A DNA stretch of 64,000 bases, from NCBI GenBank assembly GCA_977018835.1, contig OZ361256.1:806001-870000 (forward strand). The letters are read 5' to 3'. Both the position numbers and the translations under genes were made by a program. Numbering within the stretch: the first letter of the stretch is position 1; each line of letters opens with the position of its first letter. This DNA comes from Minutocellus sp. GHC0000111. Lineage: Eukaryota. The notes beneath the pieces are model-generated. The model was not told the origin of the DNA and did not search any database. It saw only the letters and a list, made by a program, of their open reading frames with translations. This document shows positions 11,601 through 23,069 of the stretch, in pieces.

Positions 11601-14600
11601 GCTCAAGCGTCGTTCTCATGCCAGCCCTGCATGGTGGCGCACACAACGGAGGAGGCACGGTGCAGGTCATATCACAGCAGCAACAACAACAGGGGGGTAT
11701 CACCAGGGCAAACCCCAGCCGTACGAGTAGTCGAGTGAGCGCTGCATCGTCCGGTCGTTCGCGACAAAGGGGTGCAGTGAAGCCAGACGCGGTGGAACAC
11801 AGCATCGTTCCGGAGCACATGCTCAAGACTTTCGAGACCGAAGAGAATAAGTACAGAGTTGCGATCGAATTCCGAAGAGAGGTTGTCAAGCGGGCCAAGG
11901 AAGAATACCGCCAGCAACTTCTTGCCGAGCACGAGGGAGACGTGGGCGATGGTATGGTTGGAAATCTGGAGTTCGTCAAGGACGACGTTTGTCACATATG
12001 CCACAAACGCAAATCGGCCGGAGTCAAGTTCAGCTGCAAGAATCACGTTTTTTGCGAGAACCATTGCTGCACGCGAATGGGCTTCTCCGCAAAGGCTATC
12101 CGTGATGGGAATCCAATGGCTCTTGATTACTGTCCCGTTTGCTGCCGAACATGCCTGTGCTCCAAATGCACCAAAAAGCTCGACGATGTCTCTGCTCACT
12201 TCCAACGTCTTTGTGACAACCAAGGCTGTTCCGAAAATCCATCCGCGTGTCAGGCTAGCAACATTCTTGAGCTCTGTGTTGGACAATCCTCAAAGCTTCA
12301 GAAGGCACAGAGCGAGCTAAAGAGAAGTAGCAGCAGTGCGAAGCGAAGAGCTCCGATCGATGCTGACGATGCGTCACAATCTTCCCGTGGTAGTCGAAGT
12401 GCACGCGATACTGTCACAGTCAGTACCAGGAAGCAAGAGCCGCCGAAACCCAAAAAGATTGGCAAGCCAAAGGCATCGGAGTTTCCCGTTGAGGCGTGTG
12501 GTGGGTTTGATCTTGACCCATCTCTCGAGAATGATCACCGCACTGTCTTTCTGCCCGATGGTGCCTCCTACGTTCGGAACGAAGCTCCCATGCCTCCACC
12601 CAACGTTGAGGAGTTGGAGCTGGTTGGTGCCGACGCTTCGAGTGGTATCGTAGAGGATGGCAGCGTCGATTACTGCCAGCACTGTCAGTTGGGAGGAGAC
12701 CTCATTTGCTGTGATCGATGTCCGCGATCTTTCCACGCAAAGTGTCTTCCGGACGGTCTCGAAGAAGACGACATTCCTGACGCGGATTGGATGTGTCACT
12801 TGTGCGTTCGAGATTCTAGCGCGCAGCCCAACAACGATATATCCGGGGCCAGAACAATCGGTCTAATCACCGCTGCGTACACCGACGTCGACCATTGCGA
12901 AGGATATACGGAGAAGTTGTTGACACTATCGAAAATTCACGAGCTCCTCGCCTTCCTCGTTGAGTTTGACTTTGGCTACATGTTCAAGGATCCCGTCAAC
13001 GCCAAGGACGTGCCTGACTACAACAAGATTATCAAGAAGCCGATGGATCTGGGGACCATCCGCGGCAACCTAATCAACTTGAAGTACATGAAGGCTGCCA
13101 AGAGAGATCTCTCGAAAGAGAATATTCCCGAGTCTCAGATGACTGCTCGGATTCTGGACGAAATCATCCTTTTCGCCCTCAAGGACCTCGAGCTCATCTA
13201 TCATAATTGCTTCACCTACACCGTCCGAGGCACAGCTGTATACCGGATGGCCGAAGTGCAACGACGAAAGGCCAAGATGATCATCGAGAAGAGCATCGTG
13301 CCTTGTCTCGACGAGGAATCAACCGGTAGACTCGAGGAGTATTCCAAGCAGCTCCAGATGAGCCGAGATGAAAACACAGCCAAGGGTCCGAAGCGAGTGG
13401 CACCGAGTGTCCGTCACAAGATCGACGTGCCCTTTACGCATAGCAAGAACGGCCGCATCATTGCAGTTTTCGACCCGACCAAGAATATGGTAGTGAAGCA
13501 GTACTCCTCAGTGAGAGGTGCCGTCAAAGCCGCCCTCTACATTGCAGGATTGGGCTATGAACCAGAACTCAACGTGACAGAATTTTCCGTGAAAAATCTG
13601 ATCCGCAAGAGCAGTCGAGATCCATCCCAGCAGCTGTTCCAATACCGGTGGTTTTACCTGGATGATCTTCGTTCTGGTCGAGCCACCATCATCCCGCTTC
13701 CCATTTCCGAAGAGGACAGGGCCGCCATTGATGAGGCTACTAGTAAGAGGTCGAGCAAGGACTCATCACCCGCCAAGTCGTCCGCCAAGGACGATACCTC
13801 CAAGTCGTCGAAGAAGCAAGATGGATCCAGCCCAACGAAGAAGGCACACAAGAAGGCCAAAGTAGCAGCAAAGAAGGAGGACGAAAAGAAGGCCGATTAC
13901 TGCATCGAGCGACGGGTGCATCAACGTGTCATTTATTACAAGTCCATCGAGGCTGCCCTTGATGCCCTCAACCAAGAAGCCATCTTGGCAAGAGCCGCGC
14001 TTGTACCGCCTGTCAAGTTTCAAGCCAGTCTTGAAGGCGTTCCTCCAGGAGACGAAGTCGTCACCATGGGATCCAAGTGGCGACTGCTGGAAACGGCGCC
14101 GCGGCTCACTTCGAATGGAAGGCGACCGAACCTGCCCATCCACCCCGATGACAAAGGAAAGGACAAGAGTGATACGGACACGATTACCTGCTATCCCGGC
14201 TTGGCCGCCATCTTCTCTCTCGGAGACGACATGTTCTTCGAGCCGAGTATGGAGACGGTGCTTCCGCACTGCATTATTGTCAAGGTCTGCCGTCTCTCCA
14301 ACAAGATTCTTGGTGGCTTTGAATCGATCCAGTCGGCCTTTGAGGACTGGAAACAATGCCGCGACGGTGTTCTGTGTGGCTTTGCCCCCAATGATCCCAT
14401 CACAATCGAGGCGTTCCACACTCTCTACGTCAAGGGAGATAAGAACATTGAAGGTATTGAGTGGAAAGAAGTTGAGCCACTCGAAACTCGCTTCAAGCGA
14501 CCAAGAGCTGAAATTACTGGAGAAGGCGATGGTGATAGTAAGAAGGACTCGTCGAAGCGGCCTCGGAGTGAAGAGAAGGACGGCGGTGATAAAACCGCAG

Positions 14601-14710
14601 CCGGCAATGACGCAGTAGAGAAAACAAATGATCGCAACGTGAAGCCCAGAAGAATCGAAGAAGCGGCGAGTCCTTCGGCGGGCGATATGGATGAAGAAAC
14701 GTTGGTTTGA
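8627..14710 (+). CDS. Large chromatin protein: SNF5-like repeat, zf-4CXXC-type finger, PHD finger, bromodomain, NUMOD1-like repeats
   Basis: FHDQIEWDLSS..ASEFGL..ASSIQEQI (SNF5); CHICH..CPVCCRTCLCSKC; YCQHCQLGGDLICCDRCPRSFHAKCL..WMCHLC (PHD); FKDPVNAKDVPDYNKIIKKPMDLGTI..NCFTY (bromo). Intron ~9425-9726 and frame breaks near 9815 and 10421; the 5' structure is inferred. Confidence 0.85.
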
Positions 14711-14862
14711 ATCACTAGACATTGAATAACATACATGGGTTCTCTAATATTTTTGGTCACAAGTCACAAATTCTGTGCATGCGTGTTTCTCTATGTGGTA
14801 TTTTCAACAAAAACATTCCTGTTGCAAGCTCGAAAGTAAGTAACACCGGCGCTCGTAACAGC

Positions 14863-17800
14863 TCAGCGTTTGTCGTGACGGATAAACATCAGACCGACAA
14901 CTCCAATTAGAGAGAAGATTCCAATAAGTCCGCTCAATAAACCCAGACAAGCGCCTATGCTGCCCATCACTGTGCCCTCGAGGCCGTAAAACTCCAAAAT
15001 ATTTTGCGCTTCGCCATCATCACCGTAGAAAATCGGGAGGGATCCGTTCTCTTCTCCAGCAAATTGATTGAGCATCATGCTGCCCCATGAATACCGGAGG
15101 AAGGAGGTCCAAGAAAACCAATACCATCCACGAGGAATTTTATCGAACACGATGAACAGTCCACCAAAGAACATCCATATCGTTACAAGAGTGGGAAGAA
15201 TTGCATTTGCGGCCTCCATGGTCGGGGCCACAGCGGCAACGGCGTATGCAAGAATGATCCCCATCATCGTCGTCAAATAGTAAGATATAAAAAGTAGGAA
15301 GAAGTTGCCCTGAAGAGCACAGCCGAAGTGGACGACAAACAAAAAATGAGCGAAGTAATTGTGGCCAAGACTCCCTCTTCGATGAATTTCGCCATGTAGT
15401 ACGTCGCTGGAGCGTAGCATCCGTCCGAAAGTTCTCTATAATAGAGAGAACGCTCCAATGTTAGAGATGGCGCGAATGCAGCGGCACCGTAACCGCAAAT
15501 AGCAGCCACGAAATAGAGCAGTGCGGCAGTACTTTGGATGGATTGGGCGTCGGTATTGTCTCCGATGCCCCAGTAGAGTGAAAGAATGAGAATTGAAAAC
15601 ACAATCTTGTCGCCGAACCGAGTCCCTAAGAATTCGCCGTCCTTGTAATGGGCCACCATTCGAAACCGAAGGAGCGTGAGGAGTCGGCTAAATTGGGATG
15701 GTGCGGCTAAATCCTTGGTTTCTTCCACCGCAAGGCTCATGGTAGAATCCCTTCTAACAATGGACTGGCGACGGACGTGACTTTTGTCATAAATACTGGC
15801 AAAATTACGCCCAAATCCTTGCTCCTCCATCTCGTCCATGTCAATGGGTCCCGTAATGGTCTGCTTCTGCCGAGGGGATTCGCTCGTCAGGTCGACCAGC
15901 CATTCCGGCAACGACATTTCGGGAACTTTTTTGTATCCCAACGCCTCAAAGTAGGGCTGGACCTCGCTCAGGGCACCATCGTATATGGTCTTGCCGCTGT
16001 GAAGCATGTGCAAATCATCAAACTTCTGGAATGCAGCACCCGTCGGGCTGTGAATGGTACATGCGACGGTCCTGCCATCTCTGGCCAGCTGCCACAATAG
16101 CTCGATAACCTCATCGGCGGTGCGAGAGTCGAGACCACTCGAAGGCTCGTCCAAAAACAGCACCTTTGGACGAGTAATGAGGGCCAACCCAATGTTGACT
16201 CTCTTGGCCTGCCCACCACTAATACCTCGCATTAAGGCGTTGCCAATCACCGTATGACGGCACTTGTCCAAATCCAATCTGGTAATGACCTCGTTCACTC
16301 TTTCTCTGCGCTCCTCGGCCGTGGTGCAGGCTGGCATCTTGAGCGCGGCGGTGTACTCCAACAATTGCTCGACCGTGAGCTCGCCGACCAGAGTGTCGAA
16401 CTGCTCGACATATCCAACAATGCGCTTGTTGTCCGACGCAGATGGCGTGCGTCCATTAAAGGTGATGCGGCCGGATATCTCGCCCGAATTCTTTCGTCCG
16501 GCCAGTACGTCGAGGAGAGTTGTTTTGCCAGAGCCACTGATTGATAAGGATGAAGCAAGAATGCAGGATGAAGTTAAGTGCAAAGGGAAGCATGAAATGT
16601 GGTCGTAGAGTGCCTTGAATGTGCGATATTGAAAAAAAGTAACACATGTAATGTGCCTTGAATGAGCACGACCAAAGTCCTCACCTTGGTCCCATCAGCG
16701 CAATCATTTTGCCTGGCAGGAACGAACCGCTGATGGAATGCAGAATGGTGAGCTTGTCGGCTGGCTCCTCCTCCTCCTCCTCACCGTCACTTTACAAAAA
16801 ATGAGCGAAGTAATTGTGGCCAAGACTCCCTCTTCGATGAATTTCGCCATGTAGTACGTCGCTGGAGCGTAGCATCCGTCCGAAAGTTCTCTATAATAGA
16901 GAGAACGCTCCAATGTTAGAGATGGCGCGAATGCAGCGGCACCGTAACCGCAAATAGCAGCCACGAAATAGAGCAGTGCGGCAGTACTTTGGATGGATTG
17001 GGCGTCGGTATTGTCTCCGATGCCCCAGTAGAGTGAAAGAATGAGAATTGAAAACACAATCTTGTCGCCGAACCGAGTCCCTAAGAATTCGCCGTCCTTG
17101 TAATGGGCCACCATTCGAAACCGAAGGAGCGTGAGGAGTCGGCTAAATTGGGATGGTGCGGCTAAATCCTTGGTTTCTTCCACCGCAAGGCTCATGGTAG
17201 AATCCCTTCTAACAATGGACTGGCGACGGACGTGACTTTTGTCATAAATACTGGCAAAATTACGCCCAAATCCTTGCTCCTCCATCTCGTCCATGTCAAT
17301 GGGTCCCGTAATGGTCTGCTTCTGCCGAGGGGATTCGCTCGTCAGGTCGACCAGCCATTCCGGCAACGACATTTCGGGAACTTTTTTGTATCCCAACGCC
17401 TCAAAGTAGGGCTGGACCTCGCTCAGGGCACCATCGTATATGGTCTTGCCGCTGTGAAGCATGTGCAAATCATCAAACTTCTGGAATGCAGCACCCGTCG
17501 GGCTGTGAATGGTACATGCGACGGTCCTGCCATCTCTGGCCAGCTGCCACAATAGCTCGATAACCTCATCGGCGGTGCGAGAGTCGAGACCACTCGAAGG
17601 CTCGTCCAAAAACAGCACCTTTGGACGAGTAATGAGGGCCAACCCAATGTTGACTCTCTTGGCCTGCCCACCACTAATACCTCGCATTAAGGCGTTGCCA
17701 ATCACCGTATGACGGCACTTGTCCAAATCCAATCTGGTAATGACCTCGTTCACTCTTTCTCTGCGCTCCTCGGCCGTGGTGCAGGCTGGCATCTTGAGCG

Positions 17801-18405
17801 CGGCGGTGTACTCCAACAATTGCTCGACCGTGAGCTCGCCGACCAGAGTGTCGAACTGCTCGACATATCCAACAATGCGCTTGTTGTCCGACGCAGATGG
17901 CGTGCGTCCATTAAAGGTGATGCGGCCGGATATCTCGCCCGAATTCTTTCGTCCGGCCAGTACGTCGAGGAGAGTTGTTTTGCCAGAGCCACTGATTGAT
18001 AAGGATGAAGCAAGAATGCAGGATGAAGTTAAGTGCAAAGGGAAGCATGAAATGTGGTCGTAGAGTGCCTTGAATGTGCGATATTGAAAAAAAGTAACAC
18101 ATGTAATGTGCCTTGAATGAGCACGACCAAAGTCCTCACCTTGGTCCCATCAGCGCAATCATTTTGCCTGGCAGGAACGAACCGCTGATGGAATGCAGAA
18201 TGGTGAGCTTGTCGGCTGGCTCCTCCTCCTCCTCCTCACCGTCACTTTTCTTCTTGCTCTTGCCCTTGTTCTTGAGCGGGACCTCGTACGACAGATCAGC
18301 AAAGCCGACGGACACGCCTTCCACTACACGTGCAGGCGATGCGGACTTGTCTTCTTCGTTGTCCATCTGGTCTATGATGTGGGACGACTCGGCTCGGGGC
18401 GCCAT
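14863..18405 (-). CDS. ABCG (White-type) half transporter, broken by an internal tandem duplication
   Basis: ALMGPS|GSGKTTLLD (Walker A, split by 148-nt intron 18139-17992), ISGGQAKRV, LFLDEPSSGLD, TIHSP, ERSLYYRE and a C-terminal ABC2 membrane domain. Confidence 0.92.
15339..18248. repeat. Exact 1455-bp tandem duplication (15339-16793 / 16794-18248)
   Basis: All six-frame ORFs recur with offset 1455, and no differences were seen by eye, including in the intron. Confidence 0.95.
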
Positions 18406-18765
18406 TGTTGGTTCGTTCTCGAGTTAGTCAGTTGCGTTGACTGGCTGGAGTTCGAAGAAGCAAGTAGGCCTAAGCTGCTGGCGCTGCTGCGCGACCCGAG
18501 GAAAAAATGAGGTGGAAACGGGCGAAGTACAGAGCCTCGCTGACTCATCGCGACATCGCGACCTACCTGTGACAATTTCAAGGAGGCAAGGTTGTGCAAA
18601 GGGCAGATGCTGTGTCATTCGCATTCGAAGATGCTCATGGCGGCGCTTGACTGTCCGAGGAGGTTCATCGGCAGTCCCCGGCACACATAACGTCGGCCTA
18701 ACCCAGCCAGAAGAATCAGCGAGAGTAAGGCGACTTGGCCAATTTTGCCAGTCAAAGTAGTAAGC

Positions 18766-20813
18766 ATGATGCATCTTAGGCTGCTTTCTGTATTGATCGG
18801 TCTCACGGTCACTGTATCATGCCATGCCTTCTCGACGGTGACAACGCCGACGACTTTGGCGTTGGGCCGTGAGAACTTCCCACGCGGCAGCAGCAGCAGC
18901 AGCATTGGAATGGCGGCTACAGTTGCAAGTGCCGGTGCAGCAGATTTAGACGATTCCACTTCAACGATATCGCCCAATGGCGAGAATGTCAGCAATGCCA
19001 ATCATTCCAGCAAACAAAAAGCCGACCCATCGATTCGACCACTGCATCAGAATTGGTGGCCCATTGCCTTTGTCAACACGCTCAACAAGGATGCGCCCAA
19101 CGCCGAGCGTGTTCTCAGCAAGGACATTGTGCTGTGGCACGACGGCGAGGAGTGGAGATGCATGGACGACATGTGCGCGCATCGATTTGCACCGCTGAGC
19201 GAGGGCCGTGTCTTTGTGCCCGGGGAAGGCATTGGAAGTGGCAAGTTGGCCACCAACAAGTTCAAGAAGAACATCACGAGCAAGAACGAGAAGAAAGATA
19301 ATGAGAAAATGAGGAGACCAAAAGCAAGAAGAGATGTTTGCAGTGCTCGTATCATGGGTGGGAATTCAACAGCGAGGGCACATGCACGCGCATCCCTCAG
19401 GCAGCAGATCAAAGTAGGGCGTTGCAAAGTCCCAACGGTCCAACGAAAGTGAAGTCGTATCCCGTTCGCATCGGAGGTGGAATGATTTGGGTATGGACCA
19501 ACGTAGATACTACCCCCTTTGCCGAGACCATACCTCTACCGATCTCGCCAATGCTCAAACAGTGGGAAAGGCAATACCCGCAGTCGGCCTACCAGCGCGA
19601 TTTGCCCTACGGTTACGAGCTGCTGTGCGAGAACGTAATTGATATGAGTCATCTCCCGTTCAGCCATCATAATGTTCTTTCTGATCGCGATGAGGCCGGG
19701 GTGCCCCTGCCCTTTCGGATGCTGTCGGCCTCGGAAAAAGAGCAAGTGTGGAAAAAGGAGGTCTCTTCTGAGTATTCCAACGCCACGGATAGCGTAGGCG
19801 ACAAAATCCTGCCTGCGTTCCAGGTAGAGATACCCCAGGGAAAGGTCCAGGATGCCGATCCCATTATCGCCATCAATTTCATGGGGACCAACGAGGGCGA
19901 CGGGAATAGTACATCGTATCTTGGCTTTTACCCACCTTGTCACAATCGCTACTATCGAACACCCAAGTCAAATCTCGCAGGCAATACCGAATTATTCATC
20001 TGTCCTCAGTCGGCTGGTAAATGCCGCGTGATGATATTTAACCCGTTTGAGGGAGGGATGGAGAAGCTTCAAGAAGCGGCAGAGGATACGTCTGTCGCTG
20101 CCAAAAAGAAACAACGACTGCAGTTGCTTTCCAAGCTTGGCAATTACCTATTGCGAAAGGTTATATTATCAAAATTTTTGGGTACCAACAATCATCTCCT
20201 GACCTCGGATGTATTTGATGGTGACAATATTTTCCTTGCTCAACAAGGGGAGCGTCTCGCAAAGAACGGATTAAATCACGCAAACTATCTGGTGCCGACA
20301 TCTGCTGATACAATGTCTCGTAAGTTCCGAAGATGGCTGGATCGATCCGCGGATGCCACGAAAAGATTGACTTCATCTTCCACCGCTGGCGGTTCGGCAA
20401 CTACCGCCCAACTTGATAACATGATTGAAGCAGCGGTTGGATTTTCTTCCGATGGAACCTCACCGTACATGGCGGTATCTCAAATGTCCAGAAGAAGCCT
20501 TCTGGATCGCTACGAGACACACACTAAGAATTGTCCGGTATGCCTCGAAGCCTTGGCTCACCTTGAACGCCGCCAGAAGATATTGGAATGTATATGCCCG
20601 GCGCTGTTTGGAATGATGGGCGCCTCCTTGGTGGCAGCTGCCCTATCGACAGTATTGATGGATAGCGCACCTGTTGGTAAGGTGGCTGCCAAGGTATCCC
20701 TGAAGGTACTCGGCGTATCTGCACTGCTTGCTGTTCTGTCGGAGAAGATCAAGAGAATCACAATGAGCACCATGGAAAAGTTCCATTTTGTTGACCATAG
20801 TCACCAGGACTGA
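18766..20813 (+). CDS. Plastid-targeted Rieske non-heme iron oxygenase (pheophorbide a oxygenase/Tic55-like)
   Basis: Signal peptide ending SCHA-FS; Rieske CAHRFAPLS and CSYHGW; Fe site ENVIDMSHLPFSH; HTKNCPVC; C-terminal TM helices. Frame break in the A-run at 19306-19309. Confidence 0.9.
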
Positions 20814-20854
20814 GATAACTAGACAAAAACCATTATACTGCCATGCCATCTCGA

Positions 20855-22413
20855 CTACCTATAAATATTACTCTTGCTAGAAGATCTCGTTTGAGTCTCG
20901 ACTGATTCTTCCGCGAGGGCAATGCTCGCTCGCGCCATTATTGAACCGAAGAAGCCCTGTCCACGTGGTTTTGCCTGCTGTCTTCCACTGGATGCTTGAC
21001 GATTCAGTTGCCCCCCTCCTGCTGCTGGCATTTTTCTTGCATTCATCTGTGCGGTATCTTCTTGATATTCACTGAGGAAGAAGGCAACGAGCTCATTGAG
21101 CGGAACACCGGTCGCAAGAGAAAATCGGGCAAGGAATGCACCAAACTCCATCTTGTCAAGAACTCGGTTTCCATCCACATCCACTTCGTCCATCAGCATG
21201 AGGCACTCCGCCAAAGATATTTTGCATTCGTCCCTATGAGTATTCCTCCATCGATTGATACCCATGGCAATCTCCTCTCTATCCAGATGACCATCTCCAT
21301 CTTTGTCCCAGAGAGCGAACAGCTTGGGCATGTCAGCCCAACCTTTCTCTAGCGCATGAACATCCATCGACGAGCGCTCTTGTTGACTCCGTTGCTCCCG
21401 CTCTTCGCTTTGCTTTTTTTTTTATAGTACGTCACCTCATCGAGACTAATATCGGCTTGAGCAGAGAATCTGCTAAGGAAGCAACCAAACTCTCTCCTAT
21501 CCAGGACATTATCCCTGTTGAGGTCAACGTCCATGAAGATTTCTTGACACTCTTGCAGAGTAAATTTCAGTCCATTGTCTCGAATGAGTTTCGCCATACT
21601 GGCGGCCAGCTCTGCTCGATCGATCGTCCCCGAATTATCCCGGTCCATTATATCAAACAACAGTGGCATTTGCTGCCATCCCTTGGCCATGGCCTCTTCG
21701 TTCCGTAGGCTTAGATTGGATGCCGTTGCGTCTTGTGCGGTATCTGAACCATGATGGGAAATGTCTTGAAGGAAAATGTCCACCAATTCGTGCAGTGGCA
21801 CACCACTGGCCAGTGAGAACCGTCCCAACCATGCACCATACTCCACCATATCGAGCCGCTGATTGCCATCGACGTCGGAACTGTCCATCATGGCGAGAAT
21901 TTCCGCCAGGGTAATGCGCATGGGTATCGCACTCCGGACCTTTCGTACGGCGACGGACATCTCGTGACGACTGATTAACCCGTCCCCGTCGGTGTCCATC
22001 TTTCGAAACAGCTCAGGGATGCGGTTCCACGCCACGTTGTTGTTGATCCGCCGGTCCAGGGCCTCGGCCGAAGCGGGGGACGATAGGTGGGTGGCACTGT
22101 CGCGCTGATCGGCCAGCGACGTGGCCAGCACTTCGAGCGGTGCGCCGACGGTTTGGGCCAGTTTGCTGAGAAAGGAACCAAAGACCTGCCGGTCCATCCC
22201 ATGATCGCTCACCGACATGTCGGATAAGATGCCTCGCACTTCAAACATGGTCACGAATGTGCCCGACGTGTCGAGAAAATAAGATATTCCTTGCTTCAAC
22301 TCGTCCATACTGACGTAACCATTTCCGTCGGAGTCCCATTGGTCAAAGATGGAAGACCAGCGCATCCACTCCTGGACGACCATCGGGTCGAGGTTGGTTC
22401 TACCGTGGGGCAT
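20855..22413 (-). CDS. Multi-EF-hand calcium-binding protein (4 repeated EF-hand pairs)
   Basis: DSDGNGYVSMDEL, DTDGDGLISRHE, DVDGNQRLDMVE, DRDNSGTIDRAE, DLNRDNVLDRRE, DKDGDGHLDREE, DVDGNRVLDKME. Frame break at T10 run 21414-21423. Confidence 0.88.
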
Positions 22414-23069
22414 ATTTGATCTGTGTTCTGTGAAAACACCAACGTGTCCATACGATTCCGCTGCACCTCTTGTTTGGCTGCTTGAGCGGCCAAAGAGGGA
22501 AGAGATGCACAAGTGGGCGGCCGGAAAGCACACAGGAGCAGGAGGCAGGAAGAAGACAAAGAGTGAAGAATACGATTTCAGATTCAGACAAAGTATTCTG
22601 CTGCGTACGAATGGACCTGCGCTCCTGCTTCTTGCAAACTACTATTATTGGCTCTTGCTCACAACGCGGTGACCCACACGCAAACAAGGCCCGTGCAGAA
22701 AATGAGCATTATTGCCCCGTGTGACGAAATGTGGTTGAAGAGGAGGCCATCTGTCTCGAAACGTCACGAGACAGTTGACCTGGTCTAGCCAACCTTCGCT
22801 TCGGCCATCCGCAACCAGAACCGCCGATCGCAAGGCGTAAAACCAATGCTGCCGGCTCATTATTTATTGGCACTGCATAATATCACGCCATCATTGTATC
22901 TCCGTGAAGATTTGAGTTGCTGAAAGTTTTGTGGTATCTTTCAGAAGTGACACATAACGCACTGACTGTTTCGCGTCTCATCTGGCGCCCTCTGATGGTT
23001 CGCTCGCTCTTGACGTCTACTTATTATTGCCACTTATGCCACCCAATCACCGATAAGTAATTATTGACG

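Noticed and set aside
19300..21425. Programmed -1 ribosomal frameshifting at A-runs
   Set aside because: The same defect recurs in unrelated genes at short homopolymers, so assembly error is more parsimonious.
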